From positions 12,147 to 76,146 of the forward strand of contig CAKOHK010000005.1 of the NCBI GenBank assembly GCA_934085595.1: a stretch of 64,000 nucleotides of DNA, written 5' to 3'. A model generated the notes under the pieces. It saw only the letters and a list, made by a program, of their open reading frames with translations, was not told the DNA's origin and did not search any database. The position numbers and the translations under genes are program-made. Shown one piece after another: positions 18,411 to 27,757 of this stretch (position 1 is the stretch's first letter; every line of letters begins with the position of its first letter). This DNA comes from an uncultured Bacilli bacterium (lineage in GTDB: Bacteria; Bacillota_I; Bacilli_A; RF39; UBA660).

Positions 18411-19418
18411 TTAAATTACTCCTCTCTTCTTAAGTTCTTTAAGTACCAAACTATTATCTTCTTCAAGTCTATCTATATCTACCACATCACATACACGTTT
18501 AAACTCTTCCATTATTTCACTAGGATCACTACATTTAAGTTTGTTAAATTCTTCTACAAACTTATTCCTAAGTTCATTATTTTCTTTAATCATCACTTTA
18601 AAAGCATCACAATTATTTAAAACACTTCTACCACATAAAGCATTCAAACAATATTCAGCATCTAAAGCATTCTCTTTATACCCTTTAATACATAATGAAT
18701 TAGAAAACATTAATAAATAACTATTAGGAAAATATTCTTTTACATCTACACCAATTACAATTGCTACTAAAAGTAAATATATAATAAAAGCAATAAAAAC
18801 AGCAAGCGTATTTAAACCAACATGGTCATAAAGAACTATATTTTTAATTACTTCTTTTATTTCTTCTTCATTTAATAGATCTCCACTTTCAGATATACTT
18901 TCCATAGTACTAATATAATCAATGCCCATTTCTTCTAGATTTAGTTTTAAATATTCTTCTAAATCCATCTCACCAAGACTACTAATATCATATGTCCTAA
19001 CTTCTCTTTCACTTTTCATGTTCCATGGCTCATATATTTTAATATATGTTCCCTCACTAGCTTCATTAATAGGTACATATTTTTCTTCTTTACTATATCC
19101 AGTTTCTTCGTTGTATGCAAGTGCTGCACTATATACCACTTGATAATTATCATTAAGTACTTTATCACTTAACTCAAAATATCCCTTTGAAACACCGAAA
19201 AATATACCTATAGACGCAATCAAAGTTATTATTCTTTCTTTAATTTCTTTTTTATTTATATCACGAATTCTAGAATATTTGGCAATTTCATTAACAACAC
19301 TTCTCATTCCAGATTCTTTAATTTTATTATTACTTTTTTCAATACTATGAAGTATATCATAAACTTCTTCTTCGTTTACTTCTTCTACTTTTTTAACATA
19401 TGCTTTACTGCTTTCCAT
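18411..19418 (-). CDS. uncharacterised two-TM protein, paralog P1 of a six-gene array
   Basis: The ORF extends to 19469, but by homology with its paralogs the start is MESSKAYVKKVEE at 19418. Conserved blocks are YNEETGYSKEE, IKIYEPWNMKSEREVRTYDISSL, EEYLKLNLEEMGIDY and ELRNKFVEEFNKLKCSDPSEIMEEF. Confidence 0.7.
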   Translation of the reverse strand: MESSKAYVKKVEEVNEEEVYDILHSIEKSNNKIKESGMRSVVNEIAKYSRIRDINKKEIKERIITLIASIGIFFGVSKGYFELSDKVLNDNYQVVYSAALAYNEETGYSKEEKYVPINEASEGTYIKIYEPWNMKSEREVRTYDISSLGEMDLEEYLKLNLEEMGIDYISTMESISESGDLLNEEEIKEVIKNIVLYDHVGLNTLAVFIAFIIYLLLVAIVIGVDVKEYFPNSYLLMFSNSLCIKGYKENALDAEYCLNALCGRSVLNNCDAFKVMIKENNELRNKFVEEFNKLKCSDPSEIMEEFKRVCDVVDIDRLEEDNSLVLKELKKRGVI

Positions 19419-20421
19419 CAATACCCCTCTTCTTAAGTTCTTTAAGTACCAAACTACTTTCTTTTTCAAGTCTATCTATATCAACTTTACTACAAAGAGC
19501 CCTAAACTCTTCCATTATCTCACTCGGATCACTACATTTAAGTTTATTAAACTCTTCTACAAACTTATTCCTAAGTTCATTATTATCTTTTATCATATCT
19601 GTAAGACGGCACATATTCTCTAACAAATCTCTATTATATTCAGATTTAATATATCGCTTATAAAAATTTGCTTCTTCCATGTAAACTTTTAAACTACATA
19701 CATTACCTAGAACAAAACAATAACTTTCAGCATCAAGCATTCCAACATCAACATATATAATAGCTAGTATTATTAAAGCATATATCAAAACAGTAGCTAA
19801 AGAATAAGAAGTGTCTACTTTAGTTTGATCACTATATATTATCTTTTTAACAACTTCTCTTACTTCTTCTTGATTAAGCAAAACATCACTTCCAGATAAA
19901 TTTTCAATAGTACTAGTATAATCTATTTCCATTTCTTCTAGATTAAGTTTCAAATATTCTTCTAGTTCCATATCACTAAGGCTACTTATATCATATGTTT
20001 TAATTTCTCTTTCACCTTTCATATTCCATGGCTCATATACTTTTATATACGCTTCTTCATTAGCATCTTTAATTGGTATATACTCTTCTTCTTTACTATA
20101 TCCAGTTTCTTCGTTATATGTAAGTGTAACACTATTAACAGTTTGAAAATTATCATTAAGTATCTTATTACTTAACTCTTTACATCCTTTTGAAAATCCA
20201 AAGAATATAGTTAAAGATGCAATCAAAGCAAGTATTCTTTTTCTAACTTCTCTTTTATTTTCTTTATATCCTTTAATACTTCTAACTGCATTATAAATAT
20301 CATTTTGTATTCTAAAATTATCTATTTCTTTATTACTTTCTTCAATTTTTTGAAGAATATCATACACATCCTCTTCATTTACTTCTTCTACTTTTTTAAC
20401 ATATACTTTACTGTTTTCCAT
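19405..20421 (-). CDS. uncharacterised two-TM protein, paralog P2
   Basis: 338 aa. Same architecture: acidic N-terminus, TM1 ILALIASLTIFFGF, an ~120 aa loop domain, TM2 LATVLIYALIILAIIYV and a conserved C-terminal helical region. Confidence 0.75.
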   Translation of the reverse strand: MENSKVYVKKVEEVNEEDVYDILQKIEESNKEIDNFRIQNDIYNAVRSIKGYKENKREVRKRILALIASLTIFFGFSKGCKELSNKILNDNFQTVNSVTLTYNEETGYSKEEEYIPIKDANEEAYIKVYEPWNMKGEREIKTYDISSLSDMELEEYLKLNLEEMEIDYTSTIENLSGSDVLLNQEEVREVVKKIIYSDQTKVDTSYSLATVLIYALIILAIIYVDVGMLDAESYCFVLGNVCSLKVYMEEANFYKRYIKSEYNRDLLENMCRLTDMIKDNNELRNKFVEEFNKLKCSDPSEIMEEFRALCSKVDIDRLEKESSLVLKELKKRGIDGKQ

Positions 20422-21421
20422 TAATACCTCTCTTCTTAAGTTCTTTAAGTATTAAACTATTTTCTTTTTCAAATTTGTCAATATCAGCTTCTTTACAAAG
20501 AGCTCTATACTTTTCCATTATCTCACTAGGATCACTACATTTAAGTTTATTAAACTCTTCTACAAACTTATCTCTAAGTTCATTATTTTCTTTAATCATA
20601 TCTGTAAGATGACACATATTCTCTAATAAATCTCTATTAAATTCAGATTTTATATTTCGCTTATAAAAATCCGTTTCTTCCAAACAAACTTTTAAACTAC
20701 ATATATTACCCAGAACAAACCAATAACTATCAGCATCAAGTATTCCAATATCTACATATATAATAGCTAATAATATTATAATATATATAAGTATTGCTTC
20801 AAATGAAGAAAGAACATCATTCTTAGTTTGATCATAATAAACCATCTTTTTAACAACTTCTCTTACTTCTTTCTCATTTAGCAAGACACTGCCTGATAAC
20901 GTTTCAAATACACTAGTATAATCTATACCCATATCTTCAAGATTAAGTTTTAAATATTCTTCTAGGTCCATATCACTAAGACTACTTATGTCATATGTTC
21001 TAATTTCTCTTTCCTTTTTCATATTCCATGGTTCATATACTTTAATATATGTTTCTTCTTTAGCATATTTAATTGGTATATACTCTTCTTGTTTACTATA
21101 TCCAGTTTCTTCATTATACGTAAGTGTAACACTATTAACAGTCTGAAAATTATCACCAAGTACTTTTTCACTTAATGCCATATATCCTTTTGAAACACCA
21201 AGAAATACAGTTAAAGAAGCAATCAAAGCAAGTATTCTTTTCATAATTTCATTTTTGTTTTCTTTATACTCTTTAATACTTGTAACAGCACTATAAACAT
21301 CATTTTGTATTCTAAAATTATCTATTTCTTTATTACTTTCTTCAATTTTTTGAAGAATATCATACACATCCTCTTCATTTACTTCTTCTACTTTTTTAAC
21401 ATATGCTTTACTGTTTTCCAT
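20408..21421 (-). CDS. uncharacterised two-TM protein, paralog P3
   Basis: Start MENSKAYVKKVEE (ATG at 21421, alternative at 21424). Close paralog of P2 and P4. Confidence 0.75.
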   Translation of the reverse strand: MENSKAYVKKVEEVNEEDVYDILQKIEESNKEIDNFRIQNDVYSAVTSIKEYKENKNEIMKRILALIASLTVFLGVSKGYMALSEKVLGDNFQTVNSVTLTYNEETGYSKQEEYIPIKYAKEETYIKVYEPWNMKKEREIRTYDISSLSDMDLEEYLKLNLEDMGIDYTSVFETLSGSVLLNEKEVREVVKKMVYYDQTKNDVLSSFEAILIYIIILLAIIYVDIGILDADSYWFVLGNICSLKVCLEETDFYKRNIKSEFNRDLLENMCHLTDMIKENNELRDKFVEEFNKLKCSDPSEIMEKYRALCKEADIDKFEKENSLILKELKKRGINGKQ

Positions 21422-22436
21422 CAATGCCTCTCTTCTTAAGTTCTTTAAGTATTAAACTATTTTCTTTTTCAAGTCTATCTATATCTACCATATCACATAC
21501 ACGTCTAAACTCTTCCATTATTTCACTAGGATCACTACATTTAAGTTTATTAAACTCGTCTACAAACTTATCTCTAAGTTCATTATTCTCTTTAATCATA
21601 TCCGTAATATGACATATATTCTCTAACATTTTTATACTACATCTATAATTTATTTCCTCTTTATCGTATTTTGCAGCATCTACACAATCTATCAAACAAC
21701 CTAAATTGCCTAGAACAAAACAATAACTTTCAGCATCAAGTAACTCAACATCAACATATATAATAGCTAGTATTATTAAAACATATATCAAAACAGTAGC
21801 TAAAGAATAAGAAGTGTCTACTTTAGTTTGATCACTATATATTATCTTTTTAACAACTTCTCTTACTTCTTCTTGATTTAGCAAAACATCACTTCCAGAT
21901 AAATTTTCCTTAGTACTAGTATAATCTATACCCATTTCTTCTAGATTAAGTTTCAAATATTCTTCTAATTCCATATCACTAAGACTACTTATATCATATG
22001 TTTTAACTTCTCTTTCTCTTTTCATATTCCATGGTTCATATACTTTTATATAAGTTCCTTCTTCAGCTTTACTTACAGGCACCCATTTTTCATTTTTACT
22101 ATATCCATTTTCTTCATTATACGCAAGTGTAACACACTTAACATCTTGAAGAGTATTATTAAGTACTTTTTTACTTAATGATATATACCCTTTTGAAGCA
22201 CCTATAAATACAGTTGTAGCCGCAATTAAAGCAAGTAATCTCTTTAGAGCTCTTTTTTTACTTTCTTTATACTCTTCAATTTTTTTAACCATCATATAAA
22301 TATTATTATTCCATCTAGAAGATTCTATTTCTTTATTACTTTCTTCTATTTGCTGAAGCATATCATAGATATCCTCTTCATTTATCTCTTCTACTTTTTT
22401 AACATATGCTTTATCACTATTCATTTCATTCTCCAC
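21408..22436 (-). CDS. uncharacterised two-TM protein, paralog P4
   Basis: 342 aa with the same conserved blocks. Confidence 0.75.
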   Translation of the reverse strand: MENEMNSDKAYVKKVEEINEEDIYDMLQQIEESNKEIESSRWNNNIYMMVKKIEEYKESKKRALKRLLALIAATTVFIGASKGYISLSKKVLNNTLQDVKCVTLAYNEENGYSKNEKWVPVSKAEEGTYIKVYEPWNMKREREVKTYDISSLSDMELEEYLKLNLEEMGIDYTSTKENLSGSDVLLNQEEVREVVKKIIYSDQTKVDTSYSLATVLIYVLIILAIIYVDVELLDAESYCFVLGNLGCLIDCVDAAKYDKEEINYRCSIKMLENICHITDMIKENNELRDKFVDEFNKLKCSDPSEIMEEFRRVCDMVDIDRLEKENSLILKELKKRGIDGKQ

Positions 22437-23460
22437 TATATTTTAAAGTTTTAACCATTTTATTATATTTATCACTTAAACTTGATGTATCTACTTCACT
22501 ACATACACGTTTAAATTCTTCCATAATCCCACTAGGATCACTAAAATCAAATTTATTAACTTCATGTGCGAACTTATTTCTAAGTTCATCGTTTCTTTTA
22601 ATTATTTCAGTCATTAAAACACTATATTCAAGCATACTTCTTAAATCATATTCATTATTAATAGTTTCAGTATATGATTTAATATATCGTTTATTAGATT
22701 TAATTTCATCAATATCATCAAAAAATCTATACATAAATGTATCACGTCCAGCATTTTCAAACACAATCGAAAATACTACATAAAGAGCCAATAATCCAAA
22801 AAACAAAGGAATAATTCCTTCATATACATCCATATTAGTTTTAGCATCATCTGGATATATAACTTTTTTAACGACTTCTCTTACTTCTTCATTGTTAAGT
22901 ATTGTATGTTCATTATCTTTTAATGTTTCAATTATTGTAGTATAATCTATCCCCATTTCTTCTAGATTAAGTTTTAAATATTCTTCTAGTTCCATATCAT
23001 CAAGATTACTAACGTCATATACTTTAACTTCTCTTTCACTCTTCATATTCCATGGTTCATACACTTTAATATATGTTTCGTTTTTACCATCACTTACTTT
23101 AATATCTTCTATATCTTTACTATACCCAGTCACTTCATTATAACTAAGCGTAGCGCATGGCATTAATTTATTTTTAGAAGCTACTAACGCTGTAACCCCA
23201 CCATATGTAAGAACAGCGCCAGATATAATACTAATTGATGTAATCAAAGAAACCATTCTTTTTTTAAGATCTTTTTTATATTCTTCTAAACTTCTAATGT
23301 ACCTCAAAACCTTATCATATTCATATTCAATTATTACATCTTTTTTATTAGTAAAATCTTTATTACTATTTTCTATCTCATGTAAAGTATCATAAACACT
23401 ATTTTCATCCATTACTTCAGCACTTACTTTACATTCTTTATCCAAACTAACACTATTCAT
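22426..23460 (-). CDS. uncharacterised two-TM protein, paralog P5 (diverged)
   Basis: 344 aa. Retains YNEVTGYSKDIE, IKVYEPWNMKSEREVKVYDVSNL, EEYLKLNLEEMGIDYTT and ELRNKFAHEVNKFDFSDPSGIMEEF. Confidence 0.7.
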   Translation of the reverse strand: MNSVSLDKECKVSAEVMDENSVYDTLHEIENSNKDFTNKKDVIIEYEYDKVLRYIRSLEEYKKDLKKRMVSLITSISIISGAVLTYGGVTALVASKNKLMPCATLSYNEVTGYSKDIEDIKVSDGKNETYIKVYEPWNMKSEREVKVYDVSNLDDMELEEYLKLNLEEMGIDYTTIIETLKDNEHTILNNEEVREVVKKVIYPDDAKTNMDVYEGIIPLFFGLLALYVVFSIVFENAGRDTFMYRFFDDIDEIKSNKRYIKSYTETINNEYDLRSMLEYSVLMTEIIKRNDELRNKFAHEVNKFDFSDPSGIMEEFKRVCSEVDTSSLSDKYNKMVKTLKYSGE

Positions 23461-24487
23461 AAATCCCCCTCTTCTTTAATAACATTTGCACTTCATCATA
23501 TCTAGAAAATATAGATGAATCTATCATATCACATACATTACTAAACTCTTCCATAATCCCACTAGGATCACTACATGAAAGTTTATTAAATTCTTCTATA
23601 AATTTATTTTTAAGTTCTTCATTTTCTTTAATTATTGAAGTCATCAAAACACAGTATTCAAGCATACTTCTTAAATCATATTTATTAATTTTACTATTAA
23701 TTATCTTAACATTCCATTTATTTTTATTAATATTTTCAGATTCATTATAAAATTTATACGTAAAACTTTTTTTTAAGTTAACTGAAAATATCCAATAAAT
23801 AAAAATTGATACAATATATAAAAGTAGACTCAATCCATATACTAAAGTATTAGCTTTAGCTTTATCAGGATATGAAGTTGTTCTAACAACTTCTCTTACT
23901 TCATCACTATTAAGTATTGTTTCTTCATTATCACTTAATGTTTCTATTAATGTAGTATAATCTATTCCCATTTCTTCTAAATTAAGTTTTAAATATTCTT
24001 CTAGTTCCATATCACTAAGACTACTCACATCATATGTTTTAACTTCTCTTGTTGTGTCTATACCCCAAGGTTCATATACTTTAATATATGTTTTACTCTC
24101 GCCTTCACCAAACTTAACATATTCTATATCCTTACTATAACCAGTTACTTCATTATAAGTAAGTGTTGCACTTGGCATTACTTTATTCCTTGAAGCTATC
24201 AAAGCAGTCAATCCACCATATCCAAGAGTTGCTCCTGCTAAAATGCTAAATGATGTTAATAAGGAAACAATACTTTTTTTAATTTCTTTTTTATATTCAG
24301 ATAAACGCGTAGAATTATCTATAAACGCAGAAATATATCTTTCTATCTGATTACTATTATTATTTTTTAAAGTAATATTATTTCTTCTTATTTTTTCTAA
24401 AGTATCATAAACATCCTCTTCATAAGTGCTTTCACTATCATTAGATTCTAATTTATCATTTTTTTCTCTATCATATGCAAATCCCAT
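23453..24487 (-). CDS. uncharacterised two-TM protein, paralog P6 (diverged, first gene of the array)
   Basis: 344 aa. Retains YNEVTGYSKDIE, IKVYEPWGIDTTREVKTYDVSSL, EEYLKLNLEEMGIDYTT and ELKNKFIEEFNKLSCSDPSGIMEEF. GGGGGA lies upstream of the ATG. Confidence 0.7.
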   Translation of the reverse strand: MGFAYDREKNDKLESNDSESTYEEDVYDTLEKIRRNNITLKNNNSNQIERYISAFIDNSTRLSEYKKEIKKSIVSLLTSFSILAGATLGYGGLTALIASRNKVMPSATLTYNEVTGYSKDIEYVKFGEGESKTYIKVYEPWGIDTTREVKTYDVSSLSDMELEEYLKLNLEEMGIDYTTLIETLSDNEETILNSDEVREVVRTTSYPDKAKANTLVYGLSLLLYIVSIFIYWIFSVNLKKSFTYKFYNESENINKNKWNVKIINSKINKYDLRSMLEYCVLMTSIIKENEELKNKFIEEFNKLSCSDPSGIMEEFSNVCDMIDSSIFSRYDEVQMLLKKRGIYE

Positions 24488-24578
24488 AAATATCCCCCTA
24501 AAAGTAAGATTTATTATATATCAAAACTATAAAAAAGAAAAGAAAAATAATACAAATTCAACATTTTTTATATCATAA

Positions 24579-24602
24579 TAAAAAAGAAGCAATTGCTTCT
24601 TA
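24579..24602 (-). terminator. rho-independent terminator after tadC
   Basis: Palindrome aagaagca/attgcttctt at 24584-24601 overlaps the tadC stop codon, followed on the minus strand by TTTTT. Confidence 0.55.
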
Positions 24603-25388
24603 TAGCCCAGTAAATATTTGTAGTATTGAAAGTAATAGAATTATCATAACTCCAATACCTGTAGATGAAAGCATAGACATCGTTTTCTTTTCCATTTTTT
24701 CAAGTCTTTCTTTATATTTTTGTTCTCTTGATTTAGCTTGTAAATTAGAAACAGTTCTTGAAAAAGTTATTAATTGCTCTTGTTTTCTATCTTGATTACC
24801 AAGACCAAGTCTATATAAAAGTCTCATCATTCTCATTGAATCTCTAACTGGATAACGTCTAGCGAATGCCATATAAGGTTCAATACTAGAATCGCCTGAA
24901 TCAATCGCGGCTATCAATTCTCTAAGTCCAGGCTTAAACATATCTGGAGCTTGATCAACACTCTTAGTAATCGCAACTGGCACTGTATAGTGTTGTATTA
25001 ATATCTCAAGACTCTTTAAATAATATGGTAATTTAAGATTAATATCATGTAAATGTACTTTATAATAATTCTTAACTCTATTATAGTCTGATTTAAATAC
25101 TACAAAAGTAAGAACTAAAACAATAACAAGTTTAACAGCACTAAAATCAGTAACTATAAACAATAAACCAACTATAAATACCATTATAGAATCTCTAATT
25201 CTCTTTTGATATCTAAGTTCTTTATCTACTTTATCACCAAAACTAGCATCTAAATAAAAATCATAATCACTTTCTTTTAATTTAGAAAATATAGCCTTAT
25301 TATCTGCAACAAATGTATTAAATTGTATAGCCCCTAAATAATTAAATAAGAATAAAAGTATAACACCTATTAAAACTATCTCTATCAT
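24600..25388 (-). CDS. tadC: TadC-like type II secretion system F-family platform protein
   Basis: 262 aa. N-terminal TM helix, two central TMs, a cytoplasmic T2SSF-like helical domain (LPYYLKSLEILIQHYTVPVAITKSV ... ELIAAIDSGDSSIEPYMAFARRYP) and a C-terminal TM. Adjacent to tadB and tadA. Confidence 0.65.
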   Translation of the reverse strand: MIEIVLIGVILLFLFNYLGAIQFNTFVADNKAIFSKLKESDYDFYLDASFGDKVDKELRYQKRIRDSIMVFIVGLLFIVTDFSAVKLVIVLVLTFVVFKSDYNRVKNYYKVHLHDINLKLPYYLKSLEILIQHYTVPVAITKSVDQAPDMFKPGLRELIAAIDSGDSSIEPYMAFARRYPVRDSMRMMRLLYRLGLGNQDRKQEQLITFSRTVSNLQAKSREQKYKERLEKMEKKTMSMLSSTGIGVMIILLLSILQIFTGL

Positions 25389-26287
25389 TATTCAGCCCCC
25401 ACATCTTCATGGTAATATTTAATACCAGATAATATAAAGCATGTATTTATTATTATAACCGCATGCAGTAGAACCTGAACATACCAACTCGTTATAAGTG
25501 TCGCATAACTCTCTTTTCCAAGTAACACTTGAACTAAAACAACAAGTAAATAAAGCATTAATCCAAATGTAATAAATTGTTTATAGAATGTTGTTCTATC
25601 AAGTCTATCTCTATATACACTTTCAACAAGTAAATCTATATCTTGCATCATTCCTTCTAAAGCTTCACCAGAATCCTTAGAACCTTCTTTATTTATTTGT
25701 AAGAATAATTGATGCATATTTTTAATTACATAATAATCATATTTTTCATTCATAAATCTTATAGATTCATCTATCGTACCATTGTCATAAGCCATCTGTA
25801 TCATCTGTTCAACATCACTTTTAATTGGATCTTCAAGTACTCCAGAATCTCTAACACCCTCCAGTGCTTTAACAAATGATTGTGTTGTATTAAACTCCAT
25901 TATAACATTAGTTGTATATATTTGTATTTCTTCAAAAATAAACTCACTATAGGCTTTCTTACATCTAAGATAAGCAAGATATGGAACAAAAGCAACCGCT
26001 ATTAAAGCATAAACTATACTCCATATAATACTATAAAAATATATATAAGCAACAAACGCAGCACTTATACTAAATATAAGTATCTGTGCTATATATTGTT
26101 TAGTAGTATATTCTTGTCCAAGTTCTTTAGCTTTCTCACGTACTACTTTAAAAGAATAAGGAGCATATTTTTCATAAGTACTACTTACTGTTTTAGCAAT
26201 AAACTTATATGAATTATCTCCAGTATTCTTCCTATATATAAATACAAATATAAGAATAATACCAACAAGTATTATCTCTATATACAT
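25388..26287 (-). CDS. tadB: TadB-like type II secretion system F-family platform protein
   Basis: 299 aa polytopic protein with a T2SSF-like cytoplasmic helical domain. Its stop overlaps the tadC start by 1 nt. Confidence 0.6.
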   Translation of the reverse strand: MYIEIILVGIILIFVFIYRKNTGDNSYKFIAKTVSSTYEKYAPYSFKVVREKAKELGQEYTTKQYIAQILIFSISAAFVAYIYFYSIIWSIVYALIAVAFVPYLAYLRCKKAYSEFIFEEIQIYTTNVIMEFNTTQSFVKALEGVRDSGVLEDPIKSDVEQMIQMAYDNGTIDESIRFMNEKYDYYVIKNMHQLFLQINKEGSKDSGEALEGMMQDIDLLVESVYRDRLDRTTFYKQFITFGLMLYLLVVLVQVLLGKESYATLITSWYVQVLLHAVIIINTCFILSGIKYYHEDVGAE

Positions 26288-26317
26288 AAAGATTCACATC
26301 CTTTCATTTATTAAAAA

Positions 26318-27745
26318 CTAATTAATCTGATTAACACCAGGAGGTATACTAATAACATTTTCTTTAAAAACATTATTTGCCGTATTACCAGCTCCACTAC
26401 TAGTTTGTGTATTTGCATTTTGTGTATTAACTGCTTGAACAGTAGGCTTTTGTACACCAGGTATTTGAGCATTAACACTTTGTGTATTTAGCGCTTGTTC
26501 ATTTACATTAGTATTTGTATTTTGAACACCATTATTTACTACTGGCTTAGAAGCACTTACTGCATTGCTAACTACAGGCGTTTGAGTGTTACTCACATTA
26601 GAATTAGCACTACTGTCTTCAACTTTCTTTTCTTCACTAGAAGTTTCCTCTAAAGTTTCATCACTACTCTCTCTTAAAACACCCTCTTTAGGTATAAATG
26701 GATCCTCTCTCATTAATACACCTTGACTAGCTAAATAATCTATTAAATGAGAAGTAGGATTATTATATTTTTCATTTCCAACTAAATCTCTTTCATATAA
26801 AATATTAATTTTAGCTTCATTCGCATCATCATCAACATAGAACTCTACAACCTGTACAATTTCTCTTTGAAATCTATTATATTTCTTAGAAAAATATCCT
26901 TTAACATGTATACCTAATTGTATATATCTATGCATACTCTTAACAAATTGATCTATATCTTGACTCGTTTCAAGTAGCGAATATAAACGCATAGGTATCG
27001 CAGATGCTTTATCTGAGTGTATTGTTGATATAATATTATGTCCTGAAGATATTGAGTTACGTACAGCAAGTACTGCTTCAGCACTACGAACCTCTGACAA
27101 AAGTATCCATTTAGGGTTCTGACGCATACATGTAACAAGTACATCACTATAACTTGCTATATTATTTGTTTTCATCGCAACTATATCTCTATCTGGATAT
27201 ATCTTATCAAGGTGAAGCTCTAATGTATCTTCAATAGTTATTATCTTTTCATCTACTTTAGTATGACTAGCTAAGTATTTAACAAGTTCTGTTTTACCAC
27301 TACCAGTTTCTCCACTAACAAGTATATTACAGTGTCCTTCAACACACTTCATAAGAAAATCATGTAGTTTTAGTGATACATAATCTTCTTTAATTAATTT
27401 ATCTTTATTAAGTCTTATCTTAGCAGGAGTTTTTCTTATAAGAACAGCAATTCCATTAGTCGCTATTGATTCATGTACAAAGTTAAGACGTAACTCAGCA
27501 CTCTCTGCATCAAGAAATGGATGAGCCATATTAAATGTCTTACCCATTACATTAGAACATTGAAATGCAAGTTTTTCCATTGTTTCATTATTAACACCTG
27601 GAACATCTCTTTTTTGTACACCTTGAGTTAGTGTTTTAACCCAAAGCACACCACCATTAGAATAAGATATATCTGTTATATCATCATCCTGTAATAGTGG
27701 CATTAAAAGACCAAAATCTATTTGAGAAAACACTAAATCATTCAT
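26318..27745 (-). CDS. tadA: TadA/CpaF-family type IV filament secretion ATPase with low-complexity C-terminal tail
   Basis: 475 aa. Walker A VSGETGSGKTE, TIEDTLEL, ILLSEVRSAEA and His-box STIHS. The last ~120 aa are S/T/N/Q/V-rich. Confidence 0.8.
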   Translation of the reverse strand: MNDLVFSQIDFGLLMPLLQDDDITDISYSNGGVLWVKTLTQGVQKRDVPGVNNETMEKLAFQCSNVMGKTFNMAHPFLDAESAELRLNFVHESIATNGIAVLIRKTPAKIRLNKDKLIKEDYVSLKLHDFLMKCVEGHCNILVSGETGSGKTELVKYLASHTKVDEKIITIEDTLELHLDKIYPDRDIVAMKTNNIASYSDVLVTCMRQNPKWILLSEVRSAEAVLAVRNSISSGHNIISTIHSDKASAIPMRLYSLLETSQDIDQFVKSMHRYIQLGIHVKGYFSKKYNRFQREIVQVVEFYVDDDANEAKINILYERDLVGNEKYNNPTSHLIDYLASQGVLMREDPFIPKEGVLRESSDETLEETSSEEKKVEDSSANSNVSNTQTPVVSNAVSASKPVVNNGVQNTNTNVNEQALNTQSVNAQIPGVQKPTVQAVNTQNANTQTSSGAGNTANNVFKENVISIPPGVNQIN

Positions 27746-27757
27746 ATATACTCCTTT

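Noticed and set aside
18411-19469. The longer N-terminal extension (MKKKVVWYLKNLRRGVL...) of paralog P1 given in the ORF track.
   Set aside because: The extension is just the read-through of the P2 C-terminal region in another frame. All the paralogs start at ME(N/S)SK, so 19418 is the more plausible start.
26953-27147. Same-strand 64-aa ORF nested out of frame inside the tadA/cpaF gene.
   Set aside because: It sits inside the conserved ATPase core, has no RBS, and its composition is typical of an alternative frame.
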